This document shows, piece after piece, positions 56,847 through 64,000 of a DNA stretch of 64,000 nucleotides. The position numbers were made by a program, and so were the translations under genes. Position 1 is the stretch's first letter. Every line of letters starts with the position of its first letter. The DNA is from Chloroflexota bacterium (GTDB lineage Bacteria > Chloroflexota > Anaerolineae > DTLA01). The stretch spans positions 144,328 through 208,327 of the forward strand of contig JADBJK010000011.1 in assembly GCA_014874485.1 (NCBI GenBank), written 5' to 3'. Under the pieces are notes generated by a model. It saw only the letters and a list, made by a program, of their open reading frames with translations. It was not told the origin of the DNA and did no database searches.

Positions 56847-58514
56847 CTACGGAAGCGTGATTTCCCAGAACCCCTTGCGCTGCCACGCGGCATAGTGCCC
56901 GTCGTCGTCCAGCGCGCTGGCGTAGATGTATCGCCAGCCTGCGAAGGCGGGCTTGAACCGCAGCGCCCAGTTGGACACCAGCGTGTCAGCCGTGCCGACG
57001 GCCGTGCACGCGGCCACATCCACGATGACGCGGCCGTTCTCTATGGTGTTCGGCGAGCCCGGCGCGTAGCCGCCCAGCCAGGCTGTGTTGGCATCGTTGC
57101 GCAGGAAGATCTTGTTCAGGTCGCGGTTGTACGCCAGATAGACCACGTTGCCGCTGACGCTGGGGGTTTGGCCCACCAGCAGGTAGGCGATCTTCAAGTT
57201 GTCCAGGCCATCCGGGTCGCCGAACTGGGTGGTGAGGTGCGCCACCTCTCCTGCCGCGCTGGTGCCCGATGCCGGGTTCACCGCGCCGACGCACGGCGGA
57301 TGGCCGGTCGTCCCCACGCCCCACGCGCCGATGTTCTGCCAGCCGGAGTTCAGCCCGCTGTAGTCCACGCCCGCCACGTACAGGTTGTACGCATGGCCCG
57401 CGAAGGGAGCCTTGAACGTGATCTTCCAGCGCACCACCAATCGGCCATCCACCTCGGCGGCGGATGACTCGGCGACGTGGAGCGTGGCGCGGCCGGTGTT
57501 CAGGTCGCCGCCGCTACCGGGCGCGCCGCCCACGATCCAGGCCGTGCCGGCGTCGTTGCGCAGGCTCATCTTGTTGACCTGGCGGTTGTAGGCCATGCCC
57601 ACGCCGTTGGTGTACGACGGCGCGGTGTTGATGATGAAATACACGAGTTTCAGGTCGGCGAAGCCGTCGGGGTCCTCCACGACGGTGATGAGTTCCACCT
57701 TTTCGCCCGGGTCGCTGCGCCCGCACCACACGTCAAACCCGGGCACTGCGGGCGCGCGGTTGGGGATGCGCGTGGCCGTGGGCGCGGCGGTACGGGTGGG
57801 CGTGGGCGTGCGCGTCGGCGTCTGCGTGGGCGTGGGCGACAGGGTCGGGCTGGGCGTGGCGGTCATGGCCGGGCCGCGGATGTCGGTGCAGGTCCAGTCG
57901 TCGTTCACCGGCGTGTCGGGGTCGTCGGTCGGCTCGTCGGCCACACACGGCCCGGAGGCGCACCGCACGGACACCAAGCCCATGTTGCAGATGCGGTCGG
58001 GTCCCACCTGCACCACAACGCGGAACCGCACCGTAATCACACCGCCCGGGTCAATGCTGCCCGCGACGATGATGGGAATCTCGCTGACCACGCTGCCCGC
58101 CGGTGAAACGTTCACGCTCCCCGCCACGAGCGTTGTCCCGGCCGGTATCTGATCGGTGAAGGTGAAGGCGGCCGTGGCGGACAGGTTGGACTGGATGACG
58201 ACCCCATATTCCACAGTGTCGCCGGGGGAAACTTGGCCATCGTGGGCCAAGTCGTCCACCAGGGTGTCCACCTTCCAGACGCAGAGCGGCTCGGCGCAGG
58301 CCGGGGGCCATGGCGTCGGCGTGGGCGTGTCCGTCGGGGTCGGCGTCGGGGTGTCGGCGGGGATGCCGGTCTCGGTGGGCGTCTCCGTGATGCCCGCAAC
58401 GACCGGGGGCGCAGCCTCCGTCTGGGTGCCCGGCGAGAGGGCCACGACCCCCAGGGCAACCAGGACCAGGGCCATCACGACAAAGGGCATCGCGCTGCCT
58501 CGTTCGCGCTGCAT
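56847..58514 (-). CDS. Secreted protein: signal peptide, DUF11-like domain, Pro/Thr linker, and two tandem ~110-aa repeats of an unknown domain
   Basis: ATG 58514 has RBS AGGAGG. 'FTDQIPAGTTLVAGSV' is DUF11. Internal duplication: 'ADLKLVYFIINTAPSYTNGVGMAYNRQVNKMSLRNDAGTAW' vs 'DNLKIAYLLVGQTPSVSGNVVYLAYNRDLNKIFLRNDANTAW'. Confidence 0.6.
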   Translation of the reverse strand: MQRERGSAMPFVVMALVLVALGVVALSPGTQTEAAPPVVAGITETPTETGIPADTPTPTPTDTPTPTPWPPACAEPLCVWKVDTLVDDLAHDGQVSPGDTVEYGVVIQSNLSATAAFTFTDQIPAGTTLVAGSVNVSPAGSVVSEIPIIVAGSIDPGGVITVRFRVVVQVGPDRICNMGLVSVRCASGPCVADEPTDDPDTPVNDDWTCTDIRGPAMTATPSPTLSPTPTQTPTRTPTPTRTAAPTATRIPNRAPAVPGFDVWCGRSDPGEKVELITVVEDPDGFADLKLVYFIINTAPSYTNGVGMAYNRQVNKMSLRNDAGTAWIVGGAPGSGGDLNTGRATLHVAESSAAEVDGRLVVRWKITFKAPFAGHAYNLYVAGVDYSGLNSGWQNIGAWGVGTTGHPPCVGAVNPASGTSAAGEVAHLTTQFGDPDGLDNLKIAYLLVGQTPSVSGNVVYLAYNRDLNKIFLRNDANTAWLGGYAPGSPNTIENGRVIVDVAACTAVGTADTLVSNWALRFKPAFAGWRYIYASALDDDGHYAAWQRKGFWEITLP

Positions 58515-58760
58515 GGCACTCCTCCTTGTTCCTGTAACGCAAAACCCGACCGGCGGGTTCGCATTCGGCGTTGGGGGTAGGATAGCACCTCCCGCGACGG
58601 GCGTCAAGGGCGTCGTCGTGGTGCCGAACTCGCCGGCATGGCAGAAAACCACAGGGCGCGTCGCACCTGTGCTGCGCCTTTGCGGTCGCTGCAGCCCTCA
58701 ACCGCTTGACTTGCAGGCGGGTGTGCGCTATGATTGGGCAACGCGAACGTAGGAGGCCGC

Positions 58761-59462
58761 ATGATACCGCTGAAAGACACCATTCGGGCGCGGGGGTTCT
58801 CCATCGTCAACTGGGGCCTCATCGCCGCCAACGTGGGCGTGTTCCTGGTGATGACCTGGCTCAGCCCGGCGCAGCAGGAGTCGCTCATCCGCGCGCTGGG
58901 CGTGGTCCCCGCCCGCCTGCTGGGCAGCCTCGGCCTGGGCCAGGCGCTGACGCTCCTCACGTCCCAGTTCCTGCACGGAGGCTGGTTCCACCTCATCAGC
59001 AACATGTGGGCACTCTACATCTTCGGCGACAACGTGGAGGACTGCATGGGGAGCCGCCGCTACCTGGCGTTCTACCTGTTCTCGGGCGTGGTGGCGGGGC
59101 TAACGCAGGCGCTCCTCTCCCCCAATTCCGGCGTCCCGATGGTCGGGGCCAGCGGGGCCATCGCGGGGGTGCTGGGCGCGTACCTGGTGCTGTTCCCCCA
59201 GTCGCGGGTCATCACGCTGGTGCCCGTCTTCCTGTTCCCGTGGTTCGTGCAGATACCGGCGGTGCTGTACCTGTTCCTGTGGTTCGTGTCGCAACTGTTC
59301 AGCGGGCTGTTCGCGCTGGCCGCCGCCGACGCGGTGGGCATGTACGGCGGCGTGGCCTGGTGGGCCCACGTGGGCGGGTTCGTTACCGGGCTGGTGCTGG
59401 CCCGCGTGCTGGCGCGGCGCGGATACAACCGCTGCTATGCCGACGAAATCTATCCCTGGTAA
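58761..59462 (+). CDS. Rhomboid-family intramembrane serine protease
   Basis: 'GASGAIAGVLGAY' catalytic Ser and 'AHVGGFVTG' His, in a 6-TM arrangement. RBS AGGAGG. Confidence 0.85.
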   Translation: MIPLKDTIRARGFSIVNWGLIAANVGVFLVMTWLSPAQQESLIRALGVVPARLLGSLGLGQALTLLTSQFLHGGWFHLISNMWALYIFGDNVEDCMGSRRYLAFYLFSGVVAGLTQALLSPNSGVPMVGASGAIAGVLGAYLVLFPQSRVITLVPVFLFPWFVQIPAVLYLFLWFVSQLFSGLFALAAADAVGMYGGVAWWAHVGGFVTGLVLARVLARRGYNRCYADEIYPW

Positions 59463-59482
59463 ACCGCAAGGAGGTTATCGCC

Positions 59483-60328
59483 ATGTCGCTGTTTGATGTC
59501 TTCTGGTTCTTCCTCATCATCTCATCGCTCACCCCCTTGCTCAGGCAGAGGATGCTGGACGCGGCGCGGGTCCGTACCATGCGCAAACTGGAGATCAAGC
59601 GCAAGAGCCGCGTCATCGCCCTCATTCACCGGCAGGAGACGTTCTCGTTCCTGGGGCTGCCCCTGGCGCGCTACATTGACGTGCACGACTCGGAGCAGAT
59701 TCTGCGGGCCATCCACCTGACCGACCCCGAAGTGCCCATTGACCTCATCATCCACACGCCGGGCGGGCTGGTCCTGGCCGCCGAGCAAATCGCCTACGCC
59801 CTGTGCCGCCACAAGGGGCCGGTTACCGTGTTCGTGCCCCACTACGCCATGTCGGGCGGCACGATGATCGCGCTGGCCGCCGACCATATCGTGATGGACC
59901 CCAACGCCGTCCTGGGGCCGGTGGATCCCCAACTGGGGCAGTGGCCCGCCGCGTCCATCGTGAAGGCCGTGGAGCAGAAGGACGTGAACGAGGTGGACGA
60001 CCAGACGCTCATCATGGCCGACATGGCGCGCAAGGCCCTGGCGCAGGTCAAGCGGACCGTGATGCAGATTCTCAGCGAGAACAACATGCCCGCCGACAAG
60101 GCCGAGGAACTGGCCACGGTGCTCACATCGGGCACGTGGACGCACGATTACCCCATCTCGGTGCGCGAGGCGCAGGAACTGGGCCTGCCGGTGAGCACCG
60201 ACATGCCCGCCGAGGTGTACGAACTCATGAACCTGTACCCGCAGACCGTGCAGCGGCGGCCCTCGGTGGAGTACATCCCGACGCCCTACGCGCCGCCTGC
60301 CCGGCCCGCCCGCAACGGCAAGGAGTAG
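59483..60328 (+). CDS. SDH-family / ClpP-class serine protease (S49-like, 'IIHTPGG' motif) with N-terminal membrane anchor
   Basis: 'DLIIHTPGGLVLAAEQIA' and 'AMSGGTMIALAAD'. RBS AAGGAGG. Confidence 0.7.
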   Translation: MSLFDVFWFFLIISSLTPLLRQRMLDAARVRTMRKLEIKRKSRVIALIHRQETFSFLGLPLARYIDVHDSEQILRAIHLTDPEVPIDLIIHTPGGLVLAAEQIAYALCRHKGPVTVFVPHYAMSGGTMIALAADHIVMDPNAVLGPVDPQLGQWPAASIVKAVEQKDVNEVDDQTLIMADMARKALAQVKRTVMQILSENNMPADKAEELATVLTSGTWTHDYPISVREAQELGLPVSTDMPAEVYELMNLYPQTVQRRPSVEYIPTPYAPPARPARNGKE

Positions 60329-60332
60329 CGCA

Positions 60333-62951
60333 CTACCAGGGCACGGTCAGGGTGCAATCCTGCGTCGCCTTGACCCAGTAGCCAAACCCCGGGCGCATGG
60401 CTTGCAAGGTGTTGGCGAAATCCGGCACCTGCGGGCTGTAACTGCGCCACGGGGCATTGGGGGCCGAGGCGTCGTACTCAAACACGAGCGTGTACTTGCC
60501 CGCGATGGACGCCAGCGCCTCGGGGACGGGCCGCGCGGCCCCTGCCGGATAGCCGACGAGGTTCCACCCCGTGTACAGCGGAATGCTGGTCGTCGTCGGC
60601 GTCTCGCCCTCAACCGTGAGCGTGCCCGCCTGCGTCATGTGCACCCACAGGCCCATGCCGCGCGAGATGTACGTGAGGTCGCCCCCCAGGCCCGGCATGT
60701 ACGACTTCCAGGGGTCGGCCGGGTCGCTGGCGTCCCATGCGTGCACCAGGTCATACTTCCCTGCGATGGACGCCAGGACGACATCCGGCGAGGTCCCGTT
60801 AAGCACGCGCGGAATGGAGATGAGGTTCCAGCCCTCGCGCAACTGCGCCGAGAACGGCGACGAGAAACTGTACTGCCACACACTGCCCCCCACCGTGCCC
60901 GCGAAGACCGTGGGGTTGGCCCCCGACGAGATGCCCAGCGCCTGCACGTAGGTGTGGCCCAGCCCGTCGGTGAAGGCAGCCCACGTGGCCCCGCCGTCGG
61001 TGGAGCGGAACACGCCACCGTTGTTGGAGCCAACGTACAGCGTGCGGTCGGTGGCGAACTCCGATGAAACCGCAATGGACGTGATGCGGCGCGTGCCGAT
61101 GGTGTTGGTGAGTTGCGACCACGAGCCGCCGCCGTTGGTGGAACGGTACAGGCCGCCGTCGGTGCCCGCGAACAGCGTCTGGTCCGTGGCGAAGGCGGGC
61201 GACAGCGCCACCGCCCACACGCGCAGGTTGCCCAGGCCGCTGCTGGCGTTGGCCCAACTCCCGCCGCCGTTGGTGGATTTGTACACGCCACCGTCCCACA
61301 TGCCCGCGAACAGGGTCTGGTCGGCGGCGTAGTTGGGCGAGACCGCCAGGGAGTAGATGCCCTTCTTGGGCAGGCCGGTCAACGCCCGCGCCCACGTGTT
61401 ACCGCCGTCGGTGGACTTGAACACGCCGGTTACATAGGAGTCGGTGCAGGTCGGGAAGTCCTTGCACAGGGTCCCGGCGAACACGGTGCGGTCGCTGGCG
61501 TAACTCGGCGAGATGGCCAGGGCGCGCACGTTCTTGTTTTCCAAGCCGGTCTCCGGGTTGCTCCACGACAGGCCGCCGTCAGTAGTGCGGGCGATGCCGT
61601 TGCGCCCGTTGCCCATGCCCATGTGGTTGCCCGCGAACAGCGTGCGGTCGGCGGCGAAGTTGGGCGAGATGGCCAGCGCATAGGTGTCCAGCAGGCTGAA
61701 GGTCTGCGCGTTGCGGTTGTGCCACGTGAGGCCGCCGTCGGTGGACGCGAAGATGCCCGGCCCACCCGCAGCGCTGTACACCGTGCGGTCGGCGGCGAAG
61801 TTGGGCGACACGGCCAGCGCCGTCAGCCGCTGGGCCATCATCCCGTGGCGGACGATGCTCCACGTGGCCCCGCCGTCGGTGGACTTCAGGACGCCCGTGC
61901 CGAAGGTGCCGGCGAACACGGTGCGGTCGTTGGCGAAGGCGGGGGAGATGGCCATGGCCCACACGTCGGGGTTGATGCGGTTGCCCTCGTCCAGGTAGTC
62001 TATGTTGAACTGGTACATGGTCCACGAGTCGCCGCCGTTGGTGGACTTGAACCCCTGCCACGACGGACAGCCGGTGAACAGGGTGCGGTCGCTGGCGAAG
62101 TTGGGCGAGATGACGATGGACCCAACATCCTGCTGCGGGGTGTGGCCGGCGTTGATGGCCGTCCACGACGCGCCGCCGTTGGTGGAGCGCCAGATGCCCG
62201 CCCGGCCCGTGCCCAGGAACAGCGTCTGGTCCGTGGCATACGCGGGCGAGAAGGCCACGGTGCGCATGTCCGACAGCGCCGTGGACGACAGGCCCGTGCT
62301 GATGGCCGTCCACGTGTTGCCGCGGTTGGTGCTCTTGTACACGCCCGCGGACGTGAGGGCGACAAGCGTGTTGTCGGCGGCGAAGGCCGGCGAGACCGCC
62401 ACCGCGCCCACGCTGACCGAGCCGATGTTCGCGCGGATGTCCGTCCACGTGGCCCCGCCGTCGGTGGAGCGGTACAGGGCGTCGGTGTTGCCGCGGCTCA
62501 CGAACAGCGTGCGGTCGGTGGCGAAGGCGGGCGAGAAGGCGATGGCGCGAATCTCGCCCGAGTTGAGCGGGCTGGGCATCTGAGCCCACGACGCGCCGCC
62601 GTCGGTGGAGCGGAACAGGCCGGAGTAGTTGGTCCCGGCCATGACGAGGGTGTCGCTGGGGAACGCGGGCGAAATCCCCAGCACGTACACGGTCAGGTTG
62701 GTGAGGCCGTTGCTGACCGCGGCCCACGTGGCCCCGCCGTCGGTGGTCTTGAACACGCCGCCGCCGTTGGTGCCTGCGAAGAGCGTCCCATCCGCGGCGA
62801 AGTTGGGCGAGATCGCGAGCGCATCCACCGCGCCGCCTTCCGGCCCGCCGCGCGTCCAGATTCTGTCGCCGGCGCGTGCGGGCGCAGGCCAGCCTGCGAT
62901 GACGGCCAGGCAGACGGCGACCGCCAGCGCCTTTCGGATTGTGTCCAACAT
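60333..62951 (-). CDS. Secreted BNR/Asp-box repeat beta-propeller protein with two tandem C-terminal ~75-aa domains
   Basis: Signal peptide 'MLDTIRKALAVAVCLAVIAGWPAPARA'. More than 15 'S(T)xDGGxTW' repeats. C-terminal duplication 'GWNLISIP...IAGKYDLVHAWDA' / 'GWNLVGYP...IAGKYTLVFEYDA'. Confidence 0.8.
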   Translation of the reverse strand: MLDTIRKALAVAVCLAVIAGWPAPARAGDRIWTRGGPEGGAVDALAISPNFAADGTLFAGTNGGGVFKTTDGGATWAAVSNGLTNLTVYVLGISPAFPSDTLVMAGTNYSGLFRSTDGGASWAQMPSPLNSGEIRAIAFSPAFATDRTLFVSRGNTDALYRSTDGGATWTDIRANIGSVSVGAVAVSPAFAADNTLVALTSAGVYKSTNRGNTWTAISTGLSSTALSDMRTVAFSPAYATDQTLFLGTGRAGIWRSTNGGASWTAINAGHTPQQDVGSIVISPNFASDRTLFTGCPSWQGFKSTNGGDSWTMYQFNIDYLDEGNRINPDVWAMAISPAFANDRTVFAGTFGTGVLKSTDGGATWSIVRHGMMAQRLTALAVSPNFAADRTVYSAAGGPGIFASTDGGLTWHNRNAQTFSLLDTYALAISPNFAADRTLFAGNHMGMGNGRNGIARTTDGGLSWSNPETGLENKNVRALAISPSYASDRTVFAGTLCKDFPTCTDSYVTGVFKSTDGGNTWARALTGLPKKGIYSLAVSPNYAADQTLFAGMWDGGVYKSTNGGGSWANASSGLGNLRVWAVALSPAFATDQTLFAGTDGGLYRSTNGGGSWSQLTNTIGTRRITSIAVSSEFATDRTLYVGSNNGGVFRSTDGGATWAAFTDGLGHTYVQALGISSGANPTVFAGTVGGSVWQYSFSSPFSAQLREGWNLISIPRVLNGTSPDVVLASIAGKYDLVHAWDASDPADPWKSYMPGLGGDLTYISRGMGLWVHMTQAGTLTVEGETPTTTSIPLYTGWNLVGYPAGAARPVPEALASIAGKYTLVFEYDASAPNAPWRSYSPQVPDFANTLQAMRPGFGYWVKATQDCTLTVPW

Positions 62952-63095
62952 GGCAACCCTCCCTTTCCCCAGGGCGCAAGTTGTGTGCCAGGCAGGGCAT
63001 GTGCACCTGCCCCATTTTAGAGCGCGGCGAATGGGGGTGCAATAGGAAAACGGTATGATAGAACGATGGGGTACGGTATCGGGAGAAGGTAACGG

Positions 63096-64000
63096 TCAAC
63101 GTGAGCGGAGCCGGTTCGTGGGTACGGTCACACCTTCCTGGAACAGGACCTCAAACTCAACGGCACCCGTAAACAGATCACCCTGAAGTGCTCGCAGCCT
63201 GCGCTCAGCCACTGCGATGGTGTGCTCCGACTGGTCTACGCCGATCCACCTTCTGCCTAATTGCTGGGCAGCCACCAACGTGGTGCCCGATCCACAGAAG
63301 CAGTCCAGCACCAAGTCCCCAGGGTTGGAAGAGGCTCCTATGATAAACTTCAGCAGGTCCAAGTTCTTTTCCGTCGGGTAGCAAGGATACTGCGGATCTT
63401 TGAACTCCCATACGTCTTGCGCCTTCTTGCCCACCTGTTCATCGGCGAAAATCTTCTTCCGGGGAACTCCGGCGGCAGACCACTCAATGAGGCCCTGTCT
63501 GTCCAGTTCTTCCAGGACCTCCGGCGGGCTTCGCCAGTGCCGGCCTTTGGGCGGCATCAGCCCTCGCCAGGGTTGCCCTGTCTTGCCGTTCTGAGTCTCC
63601 CCAGGTGCATGAAGCGGGACGGTTGTGTACCTTCGGCCGCTCTTGTCCACTTTCTTGAAAAGCCTCTCTACATCCTCAGCCAGAAAAGGCATTCGTGGCT
63701 CGTTCCAGGTTGGCGAATCCGTCTTGGAATAGAAGAGGATCAAGTCTTTGATGTTGCCATAAGCCTGTCGCCTGAAGTTCTTGGGGTTGCACTTGATTCG
63801 GGCAATGTCGTTTCGGAAGTTTTCTCGCCCGAACACCTCGTCCATGATGATCTTCACATAGTGGCCGATCTTGTAGTCAATGTGCAGGTAGATGGATGCC
63901 CTATCGGACATCAGTTCGCGCAGAAAGATGAGCCGCTCGCGCAAGAACTCCAGGTACTCGGCCCCGACCAGGGTATCGCTGTAGGCAACCTCGTCATCGT
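63096..64000 (-). CDS. Beta-class DNA (N6-adenine or N4-cytosine) methyltransferase. The 5' end, expected to carry the DPPY motif, lies beyond the window end.
   Basis: C-terminal motif I 'VLDCFCGSGTT'. Post-DPPY block 'SIYLHIDYKIGHYVKIIMDEVFGRENF'. Locally lower GC (~52%) than the surroundings. Confidence 0.75.
   Translation of the reverse strand, partial: DDEVAYSDTLVGAEYLEFLRERLIFLRELMSDRASIYLHIDYKIGHYVKIIMDEVFGRENFRNDIARIKCNPKNFRRQAYGNIKDLILFYSKTDSPTWNEPRMPFLAEDVERLFKKVDKSGRRYTTVPLHAPGETQNGKTGQPWRGLMPPKGRHWRSPPEVLEELDRQGLIEWSAAGVPRKKIFADEQVGKKAQDVWEFKDPQYPCYPTEKNLDLLKFIIGASSNPGDLVLDCFCGSGTTLVAAQQLGRRWIGVDQSEHTIAVAERRLRALQGDLFTGAVEFEVLFQEGVTVPTNRLRSR

Overview
High-GC (~65-70%) bacterial chromosomal segment. 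Pro/Thr-rich linkers in secreted proteins, an ileS T-box leader, monoderm-type operon signals and very abundant palindromic mini-repeats suggest a Chloroflexota-like organism (low confidence). Housekeeping genes are well supported: argG, tRNA-Lys(UUU), rplY/ctc, smc, ileS, lspA and ogt. Metabolic and redox genes are also well supported: GH38 mannosidase (5' partial), FprA flavodiiron protein, OYE/FadH-like reductase, Zn-ADH, a ThDP enzyme and a LarA-like racemase. An octaheme cytochrome c / NrfC-like FeS / NrfD-like quinol module is preceded by two tiny membrane proteins. There is a MacAB-type efflux operon, a NarL-type two-component system, and a HpnI/HpnK-like glycosyltransferase/deacetylase pair next to a CrtI-family oxidoreductase. 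Secreted and proteolytic components include a rhomboid protease, an SDH/ClpP-class protease, a BNR-propeller protein and a DUF11 protein. A DNA methyltransferase (5' end beyond the window) sits in a lower-GC stretch at the window end. An unusual fraction of intergenic DNA is occupied by at least six families of palindromic/tandem mini-repeats (MITE/REP-like). One copy truncates a Nudix gene and two copies flank an efflux adaptor gene. Other notable items: (1) an 820-aa-equivalent secreted IPT/pseudo-metzincin/DNRLRE protein split by a single in-frame TGA; (2) a T-box leader with a sigma70-like promoter upstream of ileS; (3) a conserved ~60-nt element upstream of the smc and histidine-kinase promoters; (4) a 7-bp microsatellite in an operon spacer; (5) a UvrD-helicase gene remnant. 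No CRISPR array or rRNA is present. All functional calls are from motif-level reading of the provided translations; no database searches were run.
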